The notes under the pieces: generated by a model
What the model was told of the DNA's origin: nothing
Database searches by the model: none
Seen by the model: the letters and a program-made list of their open reading frames with translations, nothing else
Position numbers and translations under genes: made by a program
Assembly: GCA_965637545.1 (NCBI GenBank)
Contig: OZ281495.1
Span: 30,442,001 to 30,506,000 of the forward strand
Direction: 5' to 3'
DNA: 64,000 nucleotides
Source of the DNA: Phallusia mammillata
Taxonomy: Eukaryota
Shown: positions 50,654-60,849 of the stretch, one piece after another
Position numbering within the stretch: position 1 is the stretch's first letter
How the letters are laid out: each line of letters opens with the position of its first letter

Positions 50654-53600
50654 CTAAGCATCACTTTCAGCGGCGACAATCAAGCAAAGTTTTGCAATCG
50701 GTCGTTTGACACGATTGTATCGCGTTTGCACAAGCACTGAGCGTACAGTTCCCGTTTTATCGGGAAATGTATCCGCAACGCGACCCATCAACCACTTGGA
50801 GCGTGGCTGTGAATCATCCACGACGAGAACCACATCGTTGATCTGGAGATCTCTCCTCTTCTGGAACCACTTCTGCCTGGAAATGATGTTCGGTAGATAT
50901 TCGCGAACCCAGCGGATCCAAAATTGATTCGCCAAGTACTGCACTTGCGCCCAACGGCGCCGCACGTAACAGTCCTTTTTGTCGAACAAGCCAGGAGGCA
51001 AATTCGAGTTGCATCTCATGAGCAGGAGATGATTGGGTGTGATCGGTTCATCATCTCGGGGATCAAAGGTGACAGGAACAAGAGGACGCGAGTTGAGTAT
51101 TGACTCAACCTCAACAAAAAGCGTTGACAATGTTTCGTCGGAAACAACTTGCTGTGTCATCAGAGACGTCAGAATTCGCCGGATGGAGCGCACCATTCGT
51201 TCCCACGCACCTCCCATATGACTGGCTGTCGGGGGATTGAACGACCAACGAATTCCGCTTTGTTTCAGGTACTCCTCAATGTGAACTTGGTTCCAAGACT
51301 GCAGTGATTCTCTCAGTATCCGTTCTGCACCGACAAAGTTCGTCCCATTGTCGGAATATATATTTACAGGATTCCCACGCCGACCAATGAAGCGACGAAG
51401 CGCGTCGATGAACGAGTCTGTAGATAGGCTGTGGGCAACTTCGATATGGACAGCTCGAATTGATAGGCAGGTAAACACTGCCCCGTACCGTTTCACGATG
51501 CTCCGTCCCTGCTTAACTGGAAAGGGACCGAAATAATCCACCCCTACGTGTGAAAACGGGGGCTCGTCCGGATGCAGTCTTGCAGAAGGAAGGTCTGCCA
51601 TCCTCTGTACTCCAGCGGAAGCATTTCTTCTCTTGCAGAACAGGCAATTCCCAATCACTCGGCGTACGGCTACTCCACCTTTAAGTATCCAAAACCTTTG
51701 GCGTAGCGACGACCAAGTGTGGCCCATCCCAGAATGTCCGACAAGACGATGATGTCTCTCGATAACCAAGTCAGTAAAATGACACGAATGTGGTAGAAGA
51801 ATCGGATGTTTGGCATCGTACGGAATGAAAGCCTTTTCTAGTCGACCACCAACTCGAAGCACGGAGTTAACAACCATTGGATTTAGTTTGAACATGTGAC
51901 GTTTCACAGAGGTCTTGGAAAGAGATCCCTTCTCCAACGCAGCAAGCTCAGGGCTGAAATGCTTTCGCTGCACATATTTAATCAACTCCAGTTCGGCAGC
52001 ATTTAATTCTTCAACAGATAATGATCCACGATTCTCCACCACAGCCTTGTTACCGCGAACACGCGACAGTAAAAACTTCTTATATCGAAGCAGCCAGGCG
52101 ATACTCTTTTTCAAACGATGCAACGAAGAGTACCGATGGATGATCCTCTCAACTATGGACTGCTTCTCTACGACCATATGTATGGAGACTTCCTGCTTTT
52201 TTACGGGACTGAACTCAGCAGGCAAGTCGGGTAAAACAATCGGACTCACAGGCCAGTGATCCTCAGATTCCAACAAAAACTGCGGACCGCGCAACCAGCG
52301 GCCAGACGTCACTAACGCTTCTGACGTCAATCCACGTGACGCCTCGTCTGCCGGATTGAGCTTTGAAGGAACATGTCTCCAGCTTAAAGGATCGCTTTGC
52401 CTTTCAATCTTTGCAATTCGATTAGCAACGAACGTAGGGAATCTCTTCTTCGAATTCCTGATGCTCTGTAGGACGGCAGTGGAGTCTGTCCAGAACACAG
52501 ACCGATGCACTGGCAAGCCAAGCTCTCGTCGCATCATTTCATCTAGCTTCACGGATAGAACTGCCGCCGTCAGTTCCAGTCTTGGAATTGACACTGTTTT
52601 CAGCGGCGCTAGTCGACACTTGCCAACAAGAAACACGCAGTGAACACGCGAACCGACGTCGACTATCCTCAGATAACACACAGCTCCGTAGGCCACGGAG
52701 GAAGCATCTGCAAAGTGGTGTAACTCCCAACTTTGCACATCGCCGAAATCATCGGGCTTAAAACAACGAGGAAGACACAGGTCATGAAGCTTCGGTAAAC
52801 GCCCAAGCCATTCGCTCCATTGTGTTGCTTCCGATTCCAAAATGCAGTCGTCCCAGCCAACTCCACGTTTGCACAAACCTTGGAGTAATAATTTGGCTCC
52901 AAGCGTGCACGGTGCAACGAATCCAAGAGGGTCGTACAGTGAACTCAATGCAGAAAGAAGTCCTCTTCGAGTCTTCGCCGTTTCAGGAAGGTTGACCTTA
53001 AATCCAAACGTATCTTCGTGCACGTTCCAGTGGACACCAAGCACTCTCTCTGTGACGTCATCACTCAAGCTTTTGTTTCGCACTGCCTTTGACCTCTCTT
53101 CTTCAGGAATTTTTGACAGAATCTTCTGGTTATTACTGAGCCATTTTGTCAAGTGGAATCCTCCGCGTGACAACAAATCTGAAATCTCTTTGGTCATTTG
53201 AATTCCCTCCACTGTAGATGCAACCGAAGTCAGGCAGTCGTCCACGTAAAAATTTCTTCTGACGACCGAAGACGCTTGTGCATTGAAATCTTGACCAAAA
53301 TCCAAGGCTGTTTGCTTCAAGCAAAAACTCGCGCAACTAGGGGATGAAGTCGCCCCGAACAGGTGCACAGTCATTTGATGCGCTGTTGGTTGATTTGTCA
53401 AATCCCCTCCTGGCCACCACAGAAATCGCAAGGCGTCCCTGTCCTTAGGGGTAACACGAATCTGGTGGAACATCGATTCTATATCGGCCACCAAAGCGTA
53501 CCGCTCTTTGCGAAATCGAGTCAAAACACCCACCAAACTGTTTACGAGATCCGGGCCCTGCATCAGCACATCATTGAGGGAAACGCCCTTGTGCTTTGCA

Positions 53601-56344
53601 GCGCAATCAAAAACTACACGAACCTTGTCTGGCTTACGGGGATGAAGTACAGGATGGTGTGGTAAATACCAGCAAACACCATCAACCGATTCGATTTCTT
53701 CTCGAGGTATCTCTCTTGCGTACCCTTTCTCGAGGTAGGACTGTATTGTGCTCACGTACTTTCCCTTCAGTGAGTGATCCTTCTCCAGGCGTCGCTTCAA
53801 GTACGTCAGCCGTCTTTCGGCCATTGGCTTGTTATCTGGCAAACAAGCTGAGCTTTCTCTCCACGGCAACGGCAGCTCATAGTGACCTTCCACCATTTTC
53901 ACGTTCTTTTGCATGATACCATACGTCTTTCTGTCTTCGCGCGACGTGGGGAAATCTAGAACAGCAGTTTCGTTCCCAAAATCTGTCTCCCACAGACTAG
54001 AGATTTGCTTCTGTAAAGAGCTGTCTCTAGACTTCACGAAGTTTACCTGATACCTCGATGATGCACACGGAAGGAGTGAAGGGCCAAATAATGTCCATCC
54101 AAAAGGTGTCTTGACAGCAAACGGTTTCCCTTTTGGACCACGACGCATCTCCTCAATGAACAAGGCGTCTGGATTATCCAGACCAATCAGCAATGTTACA
54201 GTTCCTTTCTCTATTAAGGGAAAATCCAAGTCACGTAAATGTGGGGCACCCCTTAATGCTTCTTTGCTAAGAATCGGATTAGGACGAACGGGGATTTCAC
54301 CAACGGTTATTACTTTAGGGAGAAATATATCATCTCCGCCACCTACTGGAGAAACAGAGAAACTCACTGAAACTGCCGTATGCTCTTTGGCTTCATCTGT
54401 CAGTGTTTGTAAAACAATCTCCTTAGTCTCACCTTTCATGCCCAGGGCTTCAATCAACCTTTGGTTACAGAAGGTTCCGGTAGAGCCGATATCCAAAAAT
54501 GCGTAAGTTAGAACCTTCCGGCCTTCGTATTTTACCTCAACCGGTACGACACACTGATACACGTCGTCGTAACCGCATTCGCCGGGCGTTGCTACTGAAC
54601 ATGAAGCGACCTTTTGTGGTTCAACCGGTGTCGCTGGTGACTCTGGCTTTGCGGCTGGAGCAGGCCTATGCAGCAATGTGTGGTGATAGTGACTCGAACA
54701 GTCGTTTTCTTCGCAGGCAGTTCTCGCTTTACATCGTCTAACACGGTGACCTGGCGTAAGGCATCTGAAGCACAATCTCTTACGACTGACAAATTCCACA
54801 CGTTCGGAGTACGTTTTACGTTTAAACTCAAAGCACCTGGACAAATCGTGAGCCTTACCACAGAACAGACACGTAGCGGAAGTAGTCGGCCTCTCTGTCG
54901 GACGCTGTCGAACTTCTACTGGGTTCACAACGTACGCAGACGCTCTTGGCTTTCTCATCGGTGGACCAGGATCCTTGTCGCGCCTAGAACCCATAATCCT
55001 ACTCCCGTAGAGGGAATTTTCCACCTCAGCACGCTCCGAAACAAACTGAACAAAGTGGCTAAACCCGGCTTCACGATTAGTGCGATGTAGAACTTCGACT
55101 GATCGCTCTATCCATTTTTCCTGCAAGCGATAGGGCAACTTGTCAATAAGCTGCAGCATGGTATCAAGCGAGTTAAGACCGGCATATTCATCAATATCCT
55201 CCAGTGTAGTGAGACATTTTTCCAGCAGATCTGCAAACTGCATTAGTCGTTCCGGTTGATCTCCTTTCAAGCGAGGACTCTTCTTCAAATGCTGCTCACA
55301 GGCATTTGCGATAATGTGCGGCTGTCCGTACTCATGAAATAGCTTTTGACGTGCCTGTCGGTAACCCTCGACTGGCCTTTTCGTCAGGTGATCAATTTTA
55401 GGTCGCACTCTGTCGTCACAATGCTGCAGCAGATAAACCAACCGTAAGTCGTCAGAGTGAACTTTAGTGGCAACATGCGCTTCAAAGTTGCGAATGAACG
55501 TCCAGTATTCCATCGGATCACCATTAAATGACATTATCTTCGGACGCGGTAAAAAACGTTCGTCTGAGTTGTAGCGTGGTTCCTGCGCTACAGGAGGACC
55601 TTCCCTATATTGACAACTATATTGCGGAGTGGCATGGATAGTAGGCTGACAACTTACTTTAGGCAGCTCCTGCCTATCAAGGCGCGGTGCAGGTTTTGGG
55701 CATTCAGTGACCGTTGGAACGAAAGGCTTCACTACAGGTGGCGAATAAACAATATCTGAGTCAAATTTACCTTCCCATCCGCGAGCCTCGATTTCGGCTA
55801 ATTCGGCTTCACGTTGTACCTCGCGAATTTCGGCGTCAGCCGACAATTTGCGCAACCTCTGTTCCTCTTTTTGTCGCTCATTCTCTTCGTCCTGTCTCTC
55901 TTTGGCCTGACGAAGTTTTGCGCGAGCCATCTCAAGCTTAACTCGTGCTTCAGTTCTGCGAACACTGGAACTCGTACTTGCTGAAGTAGGGCAACTAGAA
56001 GTGCAACTTTTTGCCGACTTTTTTGAACCAGTTTGTGGCGGTGGCGACGTAGCAGGCTGGGCCTTTTCGATCCATTCATCCACCCTGCTATCGAACTCCG
56101 TTTTCTCCTCAGCGTATCGCTTCAACAAATCCTTGACAAGGTCTTCATTTTCAGGTGAATTTGAAGTTATATGCTCCACAAGAAGTCGGTATCTTTCATG
56201 TATAATTCGCACCGATGTATGTACAGAAACTAAGTTATTGGGACTGACCATTAAACGTTCCGTTCGGGTGTAGGCTTCTTGCAATGAACGTTGCAATTTG
56301 ACGAGCTGTTCACCCTTATCCTCTTCAGTCGTGTCGGAATTCAT
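50654..56344 (-). CDS. BEL/Pao Gag-Pol polyprotein, 1896 aa
   Basis: Gag (FNGDPMEYWTF) and three Zn-knuckle-type motifs (CLFCGKAHDLSRC, CFRCLTPGHRVRRC, CEENDCSSHYHHTLLH). Protease LDIGS, RT (ADIESMFHQI, YVDD), RNase H (FADAS), integrase (H..GH..C..C, VDYFGP, SDNGTNF, GGAWERMV) and a C-terminal W.RW..EYL region. The order PR-RT-RH-IN with these motifs is typical of BEL/Pao. Confidence 0.97.
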   Translation of the reverse strand: MNSDTTEEDKGEQLVKLQRSLQEAYTRTERLMVSPNNLVSVHTSVRIIHERYRLLVEHITSNSPENEDLVKDLLKRYAEEKTEFDSRVDEWIEKAQPATSPPPQTGSKKSAKSCTSSCPTSASTSSSVRRTEARVKLEMARAKLRQAKERQDEENERQKEEQRLRKLSADAEIREVQREAELAEIEARGWEGKFDSDIVYSPPVVKPFVPTVTECPKPAPRLDRQELPKVSCQPTIHATPQYSCQYREGPPVAQEPRYNSDERFLPRPKIMSFNGDPMEYWTFIRNFEAHVATKVHSDDLRLVYLLQHCDDRVRPKIDHLTKRPVEGYRQARQKLFHEYGQPHIIANACEQHLKKSPRLKGDQPERLMQFADLLEKCLTTLEDIDEYAGLNSLDTMLQLIDKLPYRLQEKWIERSVEVLHRTNREAGFSHFVQFVSERAEVENSLYGSRIMGSRRDKDPGPPMRKPRASAYVVNPVEVRQRPTERPTTSATCLFCGKAHDLSRCFEFKRKTYSERVEFVSRKRLCFRCLTPGHRVRRCKARTACEENDCSSHYHHTLLHRPAPAAKPESPATPVEPQKVASCSVATPGECGYDDVYQCVVPVEVKYEGRKVLTYAFLDIGSTGTFCNQRLIEALGMKGETKEIVLQTLTDEAKEHTAVSVSFSVSPVGGGDDIFLPKVITVGEIPVRPNPILSKEALRGAPHLRDLDFPLIEKGTVTLLIGLDNPDALFIEEMRRGPKGKPFAVKTPFGWTLFGPSLLPCASSRYQVNFVKSRDSSLQKQISSLWETDFGNETAVLDFPTSREDRKTYGIMQKNVKMVEGHYELPLPWRESSACLPDNKPMAERRLTYLKRRLEKDHSLKGKYVSTIQSYLEKGYAREIPREEIESVDGVCWYLPHHPVLHPRKPDKVRVVFDCAAKHKGVSLNDVLMQGPDLVNSLVGVLTRFRKERYALVADIESMFHQIRVTPKDRDALRFLWWPGGDLTNQPTAHQMTVHLFGATSSPSCASFCLKQTALDFGQDFNAQASSVVRRNFYVDDCLTSVASTVEGIQMTKEISDLLSRGGFHLTKWLSNNQKILSKIPEEERSKAVRNKSLSDDVTERVLGVHWNVHEDTFGFKVNLPETAKTRRGLLSALSSLYDPLGFVAPCTLGAKLLLQGLCKRGVGWDDCILESEATQWSEWLGRLPKLHDLCLPRCFKPDDFGDVQSWELHHFADASSVAYGAVCYLRIVDVGSRVHCVFLVGKCRLAPLKTVSIPRLELTAAVLSVKLDEMMRRELGLPVHRSVFWTDSTAVLQSIRNSKKRFPTFVANRIAKIERQSDPLSWRHVPSKLNPADEASRGLTSEALVTSGRWLRGPQFLLESEDHWPVSPIVLPDLPAEFSPVKKQEVSIHMVVEKQSIVERIIHRYSSLHRLKKSIAWLLRYKKFLLSRVRGNKAVVENRGSLSVEELNAAELELIKYVQRKHFSPELAALEKGSLSKTSVKRHMFKLNPMVVNSVLRVGGRLEKAFIPYDAKHPILLPHSCHFTDLVIERHHRLVGHSGMGHTWSSLRQRFWILKGGVAVRRVIGNCLFCKRRNASAGVQRMADLPSARLHPDEPPFSHVGVDYFGPFPVKQGRSIVKRYGAVFTCLSIRAVHIEVAHSLSTDSFIDALRRFIGRRGNPVNIYSDNGTNFVGAERILRESLQSWNQVHIEEYLKQSGIRWSFNPPTASHMGGAWERMVRSIRRILTSLMTQQVVSDETLSTLFVEVESILNSRPLVPVTFDPRDDEPITPNHLLLMRCNSNLPPGLFDKKDCYVRRRWAQVQYLANQFWIRWVREYLPNIISRQKWFQKRRDLQINDVVLVVDDSQPRSKWLMGRVADTFPDKTGTVRSVLVQTRYNRVKRPIAKLCLIVAAESDA

Positions 56345-56410
56345 TTTCCTTCACCGAGCGACAGCTTCTTTCCGACCAGCAAAGTAGAAAGCTTCTCTCG
56401 ATCAGCGACA

Positions 56411-56512
56411 GTTGAAACTTCCTTTTCAACGAGCAGCAATTGAAAACTTCTTTTTCAACGAGCAGTAGTTGAAAACTTCTTTTTCAACGAGCAAAAGTTG
56501 AAAACTTCTTTA
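56411..56512 (-). repeat. Tandem ~29-bp hairpin repeats at the primer-binding-site position
   Basis: Units start at 56411, 56439, 56468 and 56497; consensus GTTGAAAA-CTTCT-TTTTCAAC-GAGCAGYA. Confidence 0.9.
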
Positions 56513-57234
56513 TGTAGACTCTGAACGGCCGACCTGCAAGGCTGAGCCTCACAAAGGGGTTTGTCACGTTGAAACACGCCCCGCCCTTTCCCACACAAAT
56601 CACACTTCCCGAATCACGTGTAATAATCCACAGCGACAACAGCGGCAACAACCACAACGTCGTACACAATCAGGAACGGACAGAAACAGGGTTGAGAACG
56701 AAACGGGAACGTAGACGGGAACGGTTTTCTAAACAAGAAAACGAAACACATTGACATATGCCAACGCACAAAAATGCCAATGACTAACTTACCAACTATT
56801 TTGCGACACAGGTCAACAGGTACAGTACACGTATCAACAGTTGCAAGACGATGAAACAATCGCTGTAATCCCTATAGGAAAATACAGCATGCCATAAGTC
56901 ACACATAAAGCCATGAATTAATTTAGGTCACAAATCGAATTAAACACTCACCGACAATCACGGTAAACAGCCTTCACTTGAAGATTAATTAGTCAGTCGT
57001 CACAATATTTAATTTAGCCTTATTCGTCTCTAAAAATGCAACACAAACGAATTTACTTAATGCAGTAATAAATCACCTTACTCGACCACGTTGTACAGTA
57101 AAATGAACTAATCATTGCAACATACAGACAAAGGCCTTCTAATTTTACTGTTACGCACTTGGCGATTGTAACGTCATAGCAGGGGAAATAATGGGACAAA
57201 TTAATCATGCGTAACTGAACGTGGAGATGTAACA
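56513..57234 (-). repeat. 5' LTR
   Basis: 722 bp, same termini as the 3' LTR. Confidence 0.95.
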
Positions 57235-59971
57235 AGTCCCTTTTCGCACTTTTCTATTTTGATTAAAAGGGGCGTATTTCCCGGTTGTAAAGGTTTATAC
57301 TCTTACGTTATCAAGTCTTAATGGTTCGTTTTACATAACATCAGGGTTATTTTGCATCTTCCTCAAGTCAACACACTTCAAACTTAGTGGTATATATTTG
57401 TTACTTCTCATTAATATAATTAAACCGATACATCACAATACAAGAATTAATATAATTAATATGTAAAAAATTCGAAGAGGTTAGCTTTAAGAATACATAT
57501 CATTTAGATTTTTTACAAGGAGGTCAAACCAGGACCCTCCCATGCAGGTACAAATTCTAGTCAGGATTTTTTTCTATTTCTATGTAAAAATCAAGCGCTA
57601 CGGACCATTAGGCATGTTAGCTCTGCAGCATAACCTAGTGGTTATGTTACAAAAAAATAACTTTGTCGCTATCGGCGCCAATCACAACTCGAAGAAGTCT
57701 TGGCCGAATGGTCACGTCTAGCGCGCCTGAATTCGTCCCATGGGATGTCCTGCATGGGTTCGAACCCCATAAAACAAAGAAAGTCGAGTTGGAAAAACCG
57801 AGGCGGCTATTTTTGGTCGGGTTCGAGTATTAGCACCAGTTTCGATAAAATGGGCTTAAATTCAGTTCTTCAACTTGGTTTGTATTAGAAATGGTCGAAG
57901 GTTCACACCCGTAAAAATCCGAAAAAAAAACATAGAACATAAAATGGATAATGGGCACAAACTCTCGATTGGCCTAAAACGAGCCATCAAGCTTTAAAGC
58001 TAGAAGATTTGTTCATAATATTAAAAACAGATTTTCAAATTGCCCCTCCAAAATATAAAATTAAATTCTGCAGCATTGGGTATTTGCTGGCTAAAGTGCA
58101 ATGTTTGTTTTGTTTTAATTTGGTAATTTTTTTTCACCGAGACAAATTTGTGTTAGGAACGAGTACAACTCTGAACAGGATAGTAACAGTTTTTTAAACA
58201 AACAAACTCATATTAGAAGGGGTAGATACTAAAGATTTAGAATATAATTCAAAAGAAATAGAATCATTTCTTTTTTTCTTTCGCTTCACTTTGTTTCATT
58301 TCAAACGATACATTGCTAGTTTTCTTCAGGTTCTCGAAGAAATGTGCTTTGTACAGATTTCTGCTGCTGCGAACGTCACACAACTTGTATAGTGACATCA
58401 CAAACACCACCATTGTGACTGAAAACACTGAAAAAGCATCAATGCAATTCCCCTATACATGTGTAGAGCTGTCACTCATGTATCGGCGGTTTATGCAATC
58501 AGAAAAATCCGCTAAAATTCCGCTTCTCTTGGCCACAGAGTTTATTTCGTTTCGGACATGTCAGGGAATTTCGAAACGCCGGGTAACCCTAAACTCCATG
58601 CATAATTTATTTGACTCCTGACTTACAACATTTTTACCTTTACATAGTTTGATACAAGCTTGTTTATCTAAAATCAAATCAACAGACCAAAAATGACAAA
58701 TACCGATAGGTGGCGTAAAGAGCAGAGTTTCAGCAGATTCTCCACCGAGCATGCGCAGATCATGATAAAGTGCGATTCCCTAAAAGACTCCCGTTATGTG
58801 TTTTGAATCACACCGCAGGCCATTTTTTCTATTCTACGCCTTGCCATCTGGTTATGCTAAGGAGACTGGCTTGATTCGGTAAAACGCCTCCAATGGGCTT
58901 GGTGTAGTATGATTTATTTTTTTAGGTTACATTTTTAATGCAACTCAAACAGCTTTAACCGCCATCATGTTTACTTTTTTTCTTAAATATAGATTTCATT
59001 GCTTTTTGCACCACATATTGGTATTTACAAAACTATGTCAGATATGAGTGCTGATCCTACTTCGTTAACCGTTGCTACAAGACCGTTTACCATGCGATTT
59101 AAAACAGCCTTGTTGTTTCACGTCTTTGCATGCTCCGGACCTAATCACTTAATTAAAGTGCTCCATTTACTTATTCTGCTTCCCCGTTTTACACTTGTAA
59201 GTTTGTAAAGCGCAGGTGTTCTGTTTAAATGCTACAAATTAGTTAGTAGTCTTTGCTTGTAGTAGGATTAACTTTTGTCTGTTTCACTGCAGAAAGGCTA
59301 GTCCAAATTATTTGTCATGCTCTGCAACTGTGTGATAGTCGAGCGTTGGTGTGTTTGTTTTGTTTAGCACAGTCATTCAAAAAGTAGGGTGTGTCTGTAT
59401 GTGATTCTGTTTCCGAATAGTAAGTACATGTTTCTTCTACCAAACCTTTTACTTTCTAGGTAATGAAGGTTGCTTTACAGATTGCCCCATACAAGTTCTG
59501 ATTGTGGGATTGTTTTACATGGCATGTACTGCGTTCCACATGGTCGCATTATTGGTCACGTGATAGTAGCGTTGCTGTGTTGAAAATTGTATGTTTCAAA
59601 AACTTGATGTGGGTAACAAATCTTTACTGGTTTTGCTTCAACGAAATGTCGGTAAAATTACATTTTCCCAACAGTGAATATGTGAATTGTATCATACCTG
59701 AAGAGAAACGCCACGAGTCTTAGGTTTCGATTTAATAAGTGGACGGACGTGAATTTGTATTTATTTGTCTCCTGAGCAACCCATCATTTCTAACACAGAT
59801 TATGTGTTATTACGTTATCACTGCTTAGCGACGGTATTGACCGGAGTTCTCCGACAAAGCAAAATAAAATAAAACAGAAAAAAATGAGACCGTATTTTAT
59901 TATTGCGAAACTGCAGATCGGGTATTTACAGTGTTGGACAAATGCAGACACAAAAAGATTCAGTTCAAATT

Positions 59972-60849
59972 CTATATTTTGTTGAAAAAGTAAACGTCGG
60001 TTTTGCCTCCTTTTACCCAATCCTTTAGCTGATACATGTTGTCGGCCACGATTTCTTGCCCATAACCATTAGCCGATGGATCCTCATTGCTATAGTAAAG
60101 AGCTGAAAAAAGTGAAAGCACTTTAGAAGCTATTTTGCCTATATTGTTTTTAAAGTAATTTTAAGATTTTTATTGAAGTAAAATGTTTCCTAATTATTTT
60201 CTTCGCTTTTCTCGTGACATTTTTTTAAATTTCATATCTAGGAGTTTGGTCCGACTTAAAAAGTCAAATTTACCAATACGAATGAGCCATTGCTGCCAGC
60301 ATAATGTATAAACGAGCATTGCCCTTCCAGCAGTTGAATAATTAATCGACGTTTCGACGTCCCATACAAGATTCCTTCATCAGGATATAGGCATATCTCG
60401 CAAGAATATTTACGCTGCTGAAAGGGCAATACTTGTTTACCAATGGGAAGTTAGAACACAAATTTTTCCCGAGTGCAAAGACAAGCCCTTAAAAATTTAA
60501 GGAAAATGCTCACGAAGCTTTCCGTCTGTCTTCAATTTTGTGTTCACAGCAGCATAAAGTTTCTCGGCCACCACTTTGGGGTCTGAGGGTTCAATATCCT
60601 TCTTTATATCGGAAGGAGAAATCTCGCCAACTTTTTCGAAACTCCCATTTTCAACTAAGACAGAAACTTTTTTAGGAAAGAATTCAATCAAAATTATATA
60701 ATAGTCATAAGTAACTTCCCGTTTATGAAACATTACCTTTTTATTTTTGTTATTACATGTACATTTCAGACTAAGAAGAACTTACATAAACAAAGCAATT
60801 ACTTAACTATTTTATACTTACATTGTTGTTTGACAATGTAGCTAGACAT
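59972..60849 (-). CDS. G9, duplicate of G3 (99 aa); exons 60849-60822, 60654-60514, 60102-59972
   Basis: G3 coordinates + 47032; frame and splice sites intact; four amino-acid differences from G3. Confidence 0.8.

Larger units (their letters stand above)
49840..57234 (-). mobile_element. Full-length BEL/Pao LTR retrotransposon
   Basis: Two 722-bp TG...CA LTRs and a 5-bp TSD AGTCC (49835-49839, 57235-57239). The empty site ctaacaAGTCCcttttcg is seen at ~24545-24562. Single long ORF; PPT-like AGGTGGGGGTA at 50562-50572 (-). Confidence 0.97.
45245..58307 (+). repeat. Segment S, copy 3 (direct); carries deletions near 47462 and 49262 and the BEL insertion
   Basis: Collinear with 19302-25623 on both sides of the retrotransposon. 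Confidence 0.9.

Noticed and set aside
50706-56273. Many short ORFs overlapping the polyprotein
   Set aside because: These are shadow ORFs of the GC-richer BEL coding region with no independent motifs.
56411-56512. CRISPR-like array (palindromic ~29-bp repeats)
   Set aside because: The units are contiguous tandem repeats with only ~8-nt near-constant linkers. There are no unique spacers or cas genes, and they lie inside a eukaryotic retrotransposon leader.
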